Shown here one piece after another: positions 40,813 to 50,594 of a stretch of DNA of 64,000 nt. The stretch comes from an uncultured delta proteobacterium. GTDB taxonomy: Bacteria; Desulfobacterota; Binatia; UBA9968. Location: positions 1-64,000 of the forward strand of contig CAVSLC010000025.1 of NCBI GenBank assembly GCA_963728565.1, read 5' to 3'. Within the stretch, counting starts at the first letter, position 1; every line of letters begins with the position of its first letter. The notes beneath the pieces were generated by a model. That model ran no database searches. It saw only the letters and a program-made list of their open reading frames with translations, and had not been told where the DNA came from. The translations under genes were made by a program, and so were the position numbers.

Positions 40813-42639
40813 TTAGCGGCTGCCGATCCGCTTGCGTTTATTCGCCAGATAATCGACCACGATGTAGTTGCCCATCTGATCGGGCGAGGTATAAAAAACT
40901 CGGCCGGCGTTGAGCCGGGAGAGCTGGTCAACGAAACCCTGCCGATAAAAATCTGCGCCCAGCATGAAGGTATTGATCTTGATCCCGTTTTGGGTGCAAC
41001 GCCTGACCTCCTTGAGAGTTTCACGAACAATGCGGCCGTGCAGCATTGCTGAGCCCCAGCCGCTGTGCAATCTGCCGCCCTGATCAAGAGTCGCGGCGGT
41101 GGGTTCGCCGTCGGTGATGAGAATGATTTGGCGATTTGCCGATCGGTTTGAACCGAGAAGCTGACGCGCGAAACGAAGCGCTTCTTTGATATCGGTGCCA
41201 TGCTCCATGAAATACGTCAGTGAGACAATCGACGGCAAATCTTCGGCTCTGATTATTTTCGCGTTTGACCGGAATGCCACCAGATGGAGCTTGTCTTGGG
41301 GAAATTTCGTTTCAATCAAGCGATGCAGCGCGAGGGCAACCTTTTTGCCAGCGTGTAACGCGTCATTCATTAGCATCGAGTAGCTGACGTCGATGCACAG
41401 GACAGTTTCACTATCCGTCGAGAACTCGTTGCGATGAACCGAAAAATCTTCCGGCCTTAAACGAACTGGAACGCTGCGGTTGCCGCTCTCCAGCGCGTTC
41501 ATCAGTGTCTCGCTGATATTTACATTGAGCGGATCACCAAACTCATAGGGCTTGGTTTGTTCCAGCTGCTCACCTTGAGAGCCGCGCGCAGAGGTGGAGT
41601 GATCACCCCAGCGGTTCTTGTTGAGCATGTGGAATATTTCCCGCAGCGCCTTATCGCCGATTTTTCTCATCCCCTTCGGCGTGAGTCTCATGCCGTGACC
41701 GGTCCGTATGATGTACCCTTCTTCTTCGAGCATCTGTTCAACGCCCTTGAGATATTTAAGCTGCTCGTAGGCGTCTTCGCCTAACATATTGCGAATCTCA
41801 TCCAGATCGAGCTCGGACGGATCGCCCATGCCGCGCTGACCCCAACGAAGAAATTTTTCCAAACCGCGTAATTGTCCGAGGATCTGGCCTGCTTCACCCA
41901 TGCCCATCCGTTGCGAACCCTGAAACGGATACTGGTTCATCAGCTGCTCAAGTTGTTGCATCTGATTCATCATGTCACTGAGCTGCTGCAACTGCTCTTG
42001 GGTGAGTGAGTCGAGATTATCCAGCATATTGTCCAGATCATCGACCGCGGCATCGAGCATATTGGGCAGATTCTTCAGGAAGTTTTCATCCTCCAGCAGC
42101 TTATTCATCCGGTCCAACATGTTCATCATGCCCTGATAATCCTGCCCGCCGGGATTGGTAGACTGTTGACTGCTGCGGTCTGCGATCTGATTTTTCAAAC
42201 GTTTCTGCAATTCTTGATAACGCTGATAAGCCTCCTTCATCTTACGGTTCATCTCGTCCATGCTGTCGGCATAACGACCCGAGAGACGTTCCATAAAGTT
42301 GCGCATTTTATCGTGATACGCTTCGAGCTTTTCAGCGAGGCTGTTGAGCTTGTCGCTAAGTTGCTGGGTTTCTTCCGGGCTCAATTTGAATGAGTCGGGA
42401 GAATACTTGTTGAGCAATTCTCGCCGCTTCTCGTCGGCTTGCCGAAGAAAGTCACGCATGCCTTTGACCGAACGCTGGCCATCTTCCGATGTCAGGCCGC
42501 GCCGCATCAGATCGCGTAGGGCACGCCGCACTCCTTCTTCCTCGAGAAGGTTGTCGGATAAATGTTTGAGTAGATCTTCGGTGGTGGGAAAGAGAACCTG
42601 TTGTGTGCCATCCCAGTGAGTATAGCGATGGATTCTCAT
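40813..42639 (-). CDS. VWA domain-containing protein
   Basis: RYTHWDG N-terminus; LTPKGMRKIG; MIDAS DVSYSM; ITDGEPT. Confidence 0.9.
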   Translation of the reverse strand: MRIHRYTHWDGTQQVLFPTTEDLLKHLSDNLLEEEGVRRALRDLMRRGLTSEDGQRSVKGMRDFLRQADEKRRELLNKYSPDSFKLSPEETQQLSDKLNSLAEKLEAYHDKMRNFMERLSGRYADSMDEMNRKMKEAYQRYQELQKRLKNQIADRSSQQSTNPGGQDYQGMMNMLDRMNKLLEDENFLKNLPNMLDAAVDDLDNMLDNLDSLTQEQLQQLSDMMNQMQQLEQLMNQYPFQGSQRMGMGEAGQILGQLRGLEKFLRWGQRGMGDPSELDLDEIRNMLGEDAYEQLKYLKGVEQMLEEEGYIIRTGHGMRLTPKGMRKIGDKALREIFHMLNKNRWGDHSTSARGSQGEQLEQTKPYEFGDPLNVNISETLMNALESGNRSVPVRLRPEDFSVHRNEFSTDSETVLCIDVSYSMLMNDALHAGKKVALALHRLIETKFPQDKLHLVAFRSNAKIIRAEDLPSIVSLTYFMEHGTDIKEALRFARQLLGSNRSANRQIILITDGEPTAATLDQGGRLHSGWGSAMLHGRIVRETLKEVRRCTQNGIKINTFMLGADFYRQGFVDQLSRLNAGRVFYTSPDQMGNYIVVDYLANKRKRIGSR

Positions 42640-42788
42640 ATGGCTTGACTATAGCCCAGTTCATAAGTGAAAAAAACCCTATTTTGCAAACGAATGGAAA
42701 GGTAAATGGGAGCCGTAAAGGATCTGTTCGCTATGGCCGAATCCGCTAGAATCCGCTATGAATATTCTTCGAAGGATCGATCTGAAGT

Positions 42789-43901
42789 ATGATTTCGGCT
42801 GAATGTGTAATCATCGGCGCTGGTTTTGCCGGCGCCGCCACCGCTTATCATCTCGCCCGCCGCGGTGTAGCCGATATCATCCTGTTGGAACAAGAAGCTA
42901 TCCCGGGCTTTCATTCGTCGGGTCGCAATGCGGCGATGATCCGTCAATGCGTCTCTGAGCCTGCTCTCTTTGATCTGACCCGAGACGGCGCCGCTTTCCT
43001 GCGTAATTTGCCCGGCGACTGGCCCGTCCCCGTGCAGTTCAAACAGAATGGCTCACTCCTGCTCGGTAGCGCTGACGGCTGGAAAAAGCTGCAAAAGGAA
43101 GCCGAGATCGGTCGCAGTTTAGGAGTCGACGTGGAGCTGTGGACGACTGCGCAGGCGCGGCGGCAGGTCGCGGCTTTACAGGATGCGCAGTTCGACGGCG
43201 CTGTATGGTGCGCTACTGATGGCGTTGTCGATATTCATGGACTGCTCTCAGGCTATTTGAAGTACGCCACTGCTCATGGGACGAAAGTTCATTATGGGGC
43301 TGATGTTTGCGTCATCCGGCGCACGGCAGATGATGCCTTCGAGCTGCGCACCAAGAATCAAATGATTACTACGCGCATCTTGATAAACGCCGGCGGCGCA
43401 TGGGCCAATGTCGTGGCGCAAATGGCCGGAGCTAGTGCGTTACCGCTTCGTCCCTACCGCCGCCATCTATTTACCTCGCCGCCATTAACTTGGGTCGATT
43501 CGCGTTGGCCTTTCGTCTGGGATGTGACACATGATATTTACTTTCGACCCGAGGGCGAGGGGCTGCTACTTTGCGCCTGTGATCAGCAGGAATTAGCCCC
43601 CGGAGATCCGCCGCTGGATCCGACGATTGGTGAACTGCTTGCGGAAAAGATTCAGCGCTACATGCCCGCGCTGGAAGGTGTGTCGATTCACAAATACTGG
43701 GCCGGCTTTAGAACGATTTCAAGCGATGGTCGTTTTGTCATTGGCTGGGATCCCCGCCTCGTGGGGTTTTTCTGGGTGGCGGGTCTCGGCGGGCATGGAG
43801 TAACGACCAGCTCGGCGGTCGGTGCGCTCGCCGCAGACTTGATAATCGCTGGAGCTGGCAAAAAGGCCGCGGCTTTTTCGCCCGCTAGGTTCATCAAATA
43901 A
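42789..43901 (+). CDS. FAD-dependent oxidoreductase (DAO / glycine oxidase-like)
   Basis: IIGAGFAG, HSSGRNAA, NAGGAWA, WAGFRT, GLGGHG. Confidence 0.9.
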   Translation: MISAECVIIGAGFAGAATAYHLARRGVADIILLEQEAIPGFHSSGRNAAMIRQCVSEPALFDLTRDGAAFLRNLPGDWPVPVQFKQNGSLLLGSADGWKKLQKEAEIGRSLGVDVELWTTAQARRQVAALQDAQFDGAVWCATDGVVDIHGLLSGYLKYATAHGTKVHYGADVCVIRRTADDAFELRTKNQMITTRILINAGGAWANVVAQMAGASALPLRPYRRHLFTSPPLTWVDSRWPFVWDVTHDIYFRPEGEGLLLCACDQQELAPGDPPLDPTIGELLAEKIQRYMPALEGVSIHKYWAGFRTISSDGRFVIGWDPRLVGFFWVAGLGGHGVTTSSAVGALAADLIIAGAGKKAAAFSPARFIK

Positions 43902-44220
43902 AGATCCGTGTTTTCTTCGGGTGAGCTGATTGCTCGAGGCTGATCTTCGAAGACAAAATAGTGAAGTGCAGCTTAGATGGAAGGTATTGGGCGGCGCAGT
44001 TGTTCAAGATGCGAACTCATTCTCGGTCCGGAGACCATTCCGTCACTCCTTTTTCTAACAACTCAGCGGACGACTGAAGCAGAGCGAATTTCAGCGGCCG
44101 CTCGAAAGTCAGCAATTACACCGTCGTCTGCCAGGCGCAAGGATTCAATGCGGTAAGAGTTGCAAGCCGGCCATCTACTCGAGAGACAGACAAGCTTCAC
44201 AGCGCTAGTTTCCCAACTGC

Positions 44221-44406
44221 TCAATCGTGTTGCTCACTGCTTCGTCCGCTTTTACGCAGCGGCTCCAGCTGCTCGCTGTTCCATTTACGGATGCCGAATC
44301 GCCTTGTGGGCTTTGGTAATTTGCCGTCCCTTATCCACCCTTCAATGGTCCGCTTAGAAACGCCGAAGAGCTGAGCGACCTGGTCTACGTTTAATAATTT
44401 GCGCAT
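44221..44406 (-). CDS. Small AlpA/excisionase-like HTH protein
   Basis: LLNVDQVAQLFGVSKRTIEGWIRDGKLPKP. Confidence 0.75.
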   Translation of the reverse strand: MRKLLNVDQVAQLFGVSKRTIEGWIRDGKLPKPTRRFGIRKWNSEQLEPLRKSGRSSEQHD

Positions 44407-44621
44407 TGGTTGAGATGGACCTATGGGAGACTATAGTAGCAGCAAACGGGATCCGAATTCACGTGCAGACACTGTTTTTTCGAAGGAGTCGCAAGTAGTC
44501 TGAACGCCTCCTCCAGACTTGTCACTAGCTCATCGTAGGATGAACCGGCTTCCTCATAACAAAGCGCGTCCTGATCGTGTCCTAGTTTGCTTCAGATGCG
44601 GATTATGTTAAAAAATTCGCT

Positions 44622-44831
44622 GTGACGCGATCGGATTTGCTGGCGGCGTGGGGGATGGGGCTGATTATTGTAGGGGTAGCTTTTTTCCTGGTGCGCGATC
44701 TTCGGCGTCGATTTGAGCGAATCGATCTTTTTTTTGATCAATTGGAAGGCCGCTTTCGGTATGTGCCTTTTATAGCTCCGGCTTCCGCTTTACTGGGGGC
44801 TGTTTTGATGCTGTTGGCGCTCGTGGTTTAA
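44622..44831 (+). CDS. Small two-TM membrane protein
   Basis: Two hydrophobic helices; 69 aa. Confidence 0.5.
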   Translation: MTRSDLLAAWGMGLIIVGVAFFLVRDLRRRFERIDLFFDQLEGRFRYVPFIAPASALLGAVLMLLALVV

Positions 44832-44916
44832 TGCGTGCGTCAGTCAAATGATCTTCGAACGCGCAGATAGCGGAGCGGGAAGCGACCGGATCGATGGATT
44901 CCTCGCTTCCGGAGTT

Positions 44917-45540
44917 TTAGGATTCGCGGCGCTCTAGCAGAACTTTCGTTCCACTGTCATCCAAGAAAAAACGTTCCCCCTCTTTACTCTCGAATATCGG
45001 GCGACCGTCAGCTCTAATCCGAGTCACCCATACCTTCAGTTCCGGTTCGGTTCGCTTTCGATGTAATTGAAATTGCGGCGCTGCCGTTTTTTTCGTAATA
45101 GTCTCTATTTTGTGATGACTTTGAGAGTTTTGAGGATTGGTCGGCTTGGCCATTTCCTTACGCGAGATGCGCTGGCTCCGGTTGTTGGGTTGCGCGCGAT
45201 TTACTGAACGAGCGTCCTTGATCACATCGAATGGAGCCGCTTCCGGCTCAAGGGTGGTTTCTACGATCGCGCCCGACTGCTCGGGGGTAGTTGTCGAATC
45301 TGCATACGGCCACGTGCGCCCCAAAGCGATGTACTGATTTTTCAATCTTTGAACCATCTGAGTTTTGGAATCGAAGCTCAGCCGCCTATAGGGGCCGTCA
45401 TGGCAATGATAGTACTTTTGATCCTGATCGTGATGACACCCGAATTGATCCAACCGTCCGTCGTGAGCCTGAGCTGGTGACAGCGAAGACGAAGTGGTGC
45501 TCGCGAGCGCAAAGCACAAAATGATTATTCTCTTATACAT
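44917..45540 (-). CDS. Secreted YHYH-domain protein
   Basis: Signal peptide ending AQA, then HDGRLDQFGCHHDQDQKYYHCH. Confidence 0.8.
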   Translation of the reverse strand: MYKRIIILCFALASTTSSSLSPAQAHDGRLDQFGCHHDQDQKYYHCHDGPYRRLSFDSKTQMVQRLKNQYIALGRTWPYADSTTTPEQSGAIVETTLEPEAAPFDVIKDARSVNRAQPNNRSQRISRKEMAKPTNPQNSQSHHKIETITKKTAAPQFQLHRKRTEPELKVWVTRIRADGRPIFESKEGERFFLDDSGTKVLLERRES

Positions 45541-45950
45541 CGGAAACTCCAGATGTCGGAAAATGTTGACTAGCGATTTCTTCCAGTGTCGCAGGCAGAT
45601 GCATACTTCGTTCCAGGGCAGAAGCTAGTAATTACTCGTAATCAAAAGACCTTTAGGGCAGGGCGTTTGACAGTGCTGCCCGAGGCGATGGCGTCACTGA
45701 CACAGGCGATGTCGACGCTGCGATGCTTAGGGACTGAGAACGATGAACGTCGAAGTTAGCTAAGCCGCCGAGTTGCCGTTGAAGCGTCCGGAGGCCGGTA
45801 ATGAATGCAAAGCGCTTCCGTGCAAGTCCGAGCATGTTGGTTACCATCTGTGAGCGCCCGCTTGACATTCATTCAAGAAGCAGATCAATGAGCGTCCAGA
45901 TTGATGACTTTGCCCATCTTCGTTGACAGCCTGCGCTCGTTTCCGCTAGG

Positions 45951-47018
45951 GTGCCGTGGCATATGAGCAAGGACGTAACGACTCACACAAATCAACGAAT
46001 CAAACACTCAGTTCCGGATGCTACGCTTCGTTCCGGGCCGGACACCGTCCTATGGGGCTATATCGCGGCGAATCTACCCCCGGCGCTGAGTATCAAATCA
46101 GGCGCCGTCGTCGAGATCGAAGCGCTCTCGCACCAGGGCCTAACGACGGAGAAGGATCCTGAAAAATTTTTCGCCAGCTACGGTATATCAGGCGCGGAGG
46201 TTTTGTCTGACGCAAAGGCGGTCTTCTCCAGTGTGAAGCGTCCGAAAGGAGCAAGTGTTCATATTCTCACCGGACCGATTTACATTGAAGGGGCCGAGCC
46301 GGGCGATACTTTGGAGGTGCGCGTGCTCGATATCAGGTTCCGCGTGCCTTATGGGGTGAATAATACCGGTCCTGGTAAAGGTGTGTTGCCCAAGCTGCTA
46401 AAAGAACCGTCGGCCAAGCTGATCCGGCTCGATCTGGAGCGGCGAGTCGCACTCTTCTCCAGCGAAATCGAAATTCCACTCAATCCGTTCATGGGGATCA
46501 TGGCGGTGTCGCCGCCGACTAGCCTTGGTATGGTATCTTCGACGCCGCCGGGCGCCTGGGGCGGCAATATGGATTTGAAATTTCTGGGTGTGGGTTCATC
46601 GCTGTATCTTCCGGTGTTCAACAACGGAGCGCAGTTTTTTACCGGCGACGGTCATGCCGTGCAAGGCGATGGTGAGGTTGATGGCGGCGCCATCGAGATC
46701 TCATTGGCGCCGAACCTGCAATTCCTTCTTCATAAAGGCAAGACTATCAAGCTGCCGCGGGTCGAAACGGCTACGGATTATTTGTTGACGGGGCTTAGCG
46801 TTGATCTAAACGAGGCGGCTCGTATCGCGCTGCAAGAAACCGTTGACTTTCTGCAGGCTGAGAAAGGTTTGACCGCCGCCGACGCGTATGCGTTGTCGAG
46901 CTTGGCCGTGGATCTGGGAATCGGTGAAGCGGTGGACATCGTTAATCTTGTCTACGCCAAAATTCCTAAGAATATCTTCAGAAGCAATCCACCTTTTTGG
47001 GCTTCCACCGAGCGATGA
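45951..47018 (+). CDS. Acetamidase/formamidase family protein
   Basis: HILTGPIYIEGAEPGD, GGNMD, GDGHAVQGDGEV. Confidence 0.92.
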   Translation: MPWHMSKDVTTHTNQRIKHSVPDATLRSGPDTVLWGYIAANLPPALSIKSGAVVEIEALSHQGLTTEKDPEKFFASYGISGAEVLSDAKAVFSSVKRPKGASVHILTGPIYIEGAEPGDTLEVRVLDIRFRVPYGVNNTGPGKGVLPKLLKEPSAKLIRLDLERRVALFSSEIEIPLNPFMGIMAVSPPTSLGMVSSTPPGAWGGNMDLKFLGVGSSLYLPVFNNGAQFFTGDGHAVQGDGEVDGGAIEISLAPNLQFLLHKGKTIKLPRVETATDYLLTGLSVDLNEAARIALQETVDFLQAEKGLTAADAYALSSLAVDLGIGEAVDIVNLVYAKIPKNIFRSNPPFWASTER

Positions 47019-47090
47019 CTAGTCGCGAGTGGTCATGCGCTGCACCGAAAACACCAGTCCGGCTGAGAGGTGAGAAAAGCTCAAGTCTTC

Positions 47091-48125
47091 TCACTGCGTC
47101 AAGAAAATCTTGCGAAAGTCTTCCTTGAGTTTGACGAACTGTTCGTCTGATGGATTCTCCATGAAGACTGCATGAGCCACCACTCGCTCGGCGTCTTTAA
47201 GATTGGGATAGATCCCGGGAGCGATCGGGAAGTCGCCGCTGTCGGCGATGATCTTTTGCGCATCCGCGGTGCAGAGATAATCGATGTAGAGCTTGGCCGC
47301 GTTGGGAGCCGCAGCTTTGGCGCTGAGAGCGAGATCGGTCGAATCGGTCAAGACTTTGTCGAAAACGACATGGCTGAGCGGCCCCTTTACCTGAGTAATA
47401 TACTGCGCGTAAGTAATCCCAAGGTGCGCTTCACCCTTTACCAAGGCAGTCGGCACAGGCGCGAAAGACTCCAGCAAAAACGGCTTCTGTTTGGCGAGCG
47501 CTCTGGCGTAATCCATCCACTTTTCACCTTTAATTTTCTGCATGTTCCAGAGAAACTGCGCGGTACTGGTATGCCTGGAAGGATCGGGCATGGCGATTTT
47601 GCCTTGCCATTTTGGATTCAAGAGATCATCGAAATTTTTTGGCAGATCGGCGGGCTTTACCAGTTCTGTGTTGTAGAGAATGCTCACGGGAGTATGGCGA
47701 AACGCCGTCAGCACGCCATCCTTGTCTTTCAAGTGGGCGGGAAACTTGGCCGCTGCTGGCGCGGTAAATTTGGCCAGTGCATTTTCGCGTTTAAGCAGAG
47801 CTATCGTTCCGTTGATTGCAAATAGAACGTCGAAGCCCGGTTTGCCGGCGCGCCACTCGGTGATCGCTCGGTCAACAACGGCGGTGGCCGATGCGCGCCA
47901 ATAATCGACTTTAACTCCGTATTTTTTTTCAAACCCGGTATGAATAGGCGCCATGACATTCGGAATTGTCGTGCCGTAGACGACAATTCTACTTTCCTTT
48001 TTCGCCGCCTCCTGATCGAGTGTCTGAGCCAAAATTTCATTGCTGAAACAGAAAAGCGTCAAGCTGATCGAGAGAACCAGCTTTAATTTCGTTGCGATCG
48101 ATGGAATCATTTTATTATTTTCCAC
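47091..48125 (-). CDS. Extracellular solute-binding protein (Fe3+/AfuA-like ABC SBP)
   Basis: Signal peptide; YNTELV, DLLNPKWQGKIA, PNAAKLYIDYL. Confidence 0.85.
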   Translation of the reverse strand: MENNKMIPSIATKLKLVLSISLTLFCFSNEILAQTLDQEAAKKESRIVVYGTTIPNVMAPIHTGFEKKYGVKVDYWRASATAVVDRAITEWRAGKPGFDVLFAINGTIALLKRENALAKFTAPAAAKFPAHLKDKDGVLTAFRHTPVSILYNTELVKPADLPKNFDDLLNPKWQGKIAMPDPSRHTSTAQFLWNMQKIKGEKWMDYARALAKQKPFLLESFAPVPTALVKGEAHLGITYAQYITQVKGPLSHVVFDKVLTDSTDLALSAKAAAPNAAKLYIDYLCTADAQKIIADSGDFPIAPGIYPNLKDAERVVAHAVFMENPSDEQFVKLKEDFRKIFLTQ

Positions 48126-48321
48126 TGTGACGTTACCCGCCCATTGATTAAACTACAATCCGCCGCGGCGTAATTTCCCATACTCTAAGGCCAGGGCGTC
48201 CGGTCAATAGCGGACACAACATACATTGGTCGGCATGGCGTGATCAAGGGCAGCCGGGCAGTGCTCCGACAGATATTCTTTGCGGCTGGCCGGCTCTGGA
48301 TTGCGTGCAATCAACGCTCGA

Positions 48322-49248
48322 CTATATCGCTTTATCTTCATGGTGTTGCTTGAGCACAGACGCCAGAATGGAAATCAGCAAGATCCCGCCGACCACGCCT
48401 AACGAAATGCCGATGGGGATTTTGTAGAACTCGGCAATCAGCATCTTCGCGCCGACGAAACAGAGCACGAACGCGAGGCCAACCCTGAGATAGCGGAACA
48501 TCTCCATGACGCCGGCGAGAAGGAAGAAAAGAGCCCGAAGCCCAAGGATGGCAAAGACATTGGAGGTATATACGATGAATGGGTCTAAAGTGATAGCGAA
48601 GATCGCCGGGATTGAATCGACCGCGAAAATAACATCAGTGGTCTCGACAACGACAAGCACCAAAAAGAGAGGGGTAGCCCACAGCTTTCCATCTTTGCGG
48701 ATGAAGAATTGTTGTCCCTGGTAGTCCGGGGTCACGTTGATGAATCGACGCACCAAGCGGACAGCCGGATTTTTTTCCGGCTCAATTTTTTCGTCGCCGA
48801 CGAATAGCAACTTAATGCCGGTGAAAATGAGAAAGCCGCCAAAAACATAGATCATCCAGTGGAAGTTGGACAGCAAGGCTGTTCCGGTCGCGATGAAGCC
48901 GGCTCGCAAGACCAGAGCCCCTAGAATACCCCAGAAGAGGACGCGGTGCTGGTAGCTCGACGGAACTGCGAAGTAGGAGAAAATGACCAGGAAGACAAAC
49001 AGATTATCCACGCTCAAAGACCACTCGATCACATAGCCGGTCAAAAACTCCAGCCCCTTTTCCCCGCCGCGAAAAAAATAAATACCCACGCCGAAAAGAA
49101 GGGCCAGGGAAACCCAGACGCAGCTCCAAGCCAAGGCTTCTCGCAGCGAAACAGCGTGGGCTTTGCGATGCAGCACTAGCAGGTCGAGCGCCAGTATGCC
49201 TAAAACAAAGACGTTAAAAACGACCCATAAAAACAGTTGCGAATCCAT
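48322..49248 (-). CDS. TerC/Alx family metal homeostasis membrane protein
   Basis: EWSLSVDNLFVF, QHRVLFWGILGA, ETTDVIFAVDSIPA, TSNVFAILGLR. Confidence 0.95.
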   Translation of the reverse strand: MDSQLFLWVVFNVFVLGILALDLLVLHRKAHAVSLREALAWSCVWVSLALLFGVGIYFFRGGEKGLEFLTGYVIEWSLSVDNLFVFLVIFSYFAVPSSYQHRVLFWGILGALVLRAGFIATGTALLSNFHWMIYVFGGFLIFTGIKLLFVGDEKIEPEKNPAVRLVRRFINVTPDYQGQQFFIRKDGKLWATPLFLVLVVVETTDVIFAVDSIPAIFAITLDPFIVYTSNVFAILGLRALFFLLAGVMEMFRYLRVGLAFVLCFVGAKMLIAEFYKIPIGISLGVVGGILLISILASVLKQHHEDKAI

Positions 49249-49282
49249 GCGTTGTGTATCCCTTGAAGTCTTGGCCGTTTTT

Positions 49283-49612
49283 TTAAATTTGCAAAAGGAC
49301 GTTAAAGGCGCGCAGATTTTGATGGCAACTGTGCGCGCGCAGGTGAATCGTGTCGTAAGACAAGACCTGTTGAAATGAAACTTCGCTGGCGGTCACCGCC
49401 CGCGCGTGCACCGTTACCAACTTACGGCCGCCGGTGCGAAATCTGCGGATGATGGGGGATCTCGTCGAATCGTCCAGTCGGTCCGACGTGACAAAGTCTC
49501 CGGTGGAAATCTCAGCATAGCTTTCAAGTCGATGAGAATCGGTCGCTAATCCGCCGATGAGAAAAAAAATTGTTAAGACCCAAGAAGAAATCGCCGGCTT
49601 CATCAGACGCAC
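49283..49612 (-). CDS. Putative leader ORF upstream of TerC (signal-peptide-like N-terminus)
   Basis: Homologous to 54880..55200; ends NLRAFNVLLQI* just upstream of terC. Confidence 0.6.
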   Translation of the reverse strand: MRLMKPAISSWVLTIFFLIGGLATDSHRLESYAEISTGDFVTSDRLDDSTRSPIIRRFRTGGRKLVTVHARAVTASEVSFQQVLSYDTIHLRAHSCHQNLRAFNVLLQI

Positions 49613-50594
49613 GTGGTATCAATTCATATGCATTTAGTCAATCAAGCCTGGGTGAATCAGTCAGCGTCGGTTCGTGGGATATGCCAACCAGCGGGAAATC
49701 GAGACGAACATTGTGGTGACCGCGATAGCCACGCAAAAACTTCTCACCCGCCCATCCGTGAATACTGATGCTCGCGGATAGTGATGAACTTCAATGGCGC
49801 AGCTTTGCGTTTCCGTGACTTTTGTGAGGCGCTGAAGGACGGGTGAAAAGTCGCGCATACAACGACCGACGATGTGCTTCCCAGCGTGAAGGAAGGCGGT
49901 TGGGATTCCCTGCGAAAAGAAGATCCCGAAATTTCCCGGCACATTGAGCGGCATTGAAGAGTGTGGCAATTTTAACCGCAGAAATTCCGGGGGTTGAGTG
50001 ATTTACGACCCATGCGTTGGTGCTCTTAGCCGAGATTGATCGGTGGTAATTGACTATTCGCATAGCCGTGGTATACGTTTTGCCTGGTGAAACAGATCAC
50101 TATCGGCATAACTCTCTTCCTTTTTTTTTCATCTTCTTCCCTGAAGAGCTTAGAGCAACTCTCGGCTCGTTTTGACGCCGATTCGCAAGAGTCTCTTTGG
50201 ACTTTAAATGACGATTTGTCTTCGGACAATGCCCGTGGCCGTCGCCCCTGAAACGGTCGCAAAGAGTCAAATCCTCAGTTAACAGCTTGCGCGGCGTGGA
50301 AAAACCAGCGCCGGCGATTTCTCTTATCGTCCGGATAATGGAATCGTTCATTTCTCATTATTCCAGGTCGCGCGTTTATCAGCAGACAAACGTCTACAGA
50401 ATTTAACCCGTCCGTCTTCGCTGCACACGAAGCACTTCAAGATCAGGGACATGAATCGCGAAGTTCCCTGTACAGAAGTCACTTGGACAAAAGACGAACG
50501 AACCCGCCAACTCACCGAAATCATAATACTGTTTTCAAACTGGAATGAAAGCCAAAAATTGTGAGCGCTTTAGAATCCACACTACGAGGGATCT

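Noticed and set aside
49661-50594. Short ORFs or a yybP-ykoY riboswitch between the TerC leader and the ATPase
   Set aside because: No recognisable protein or riboswitch motif by eye; needs BLASTX and Infernal
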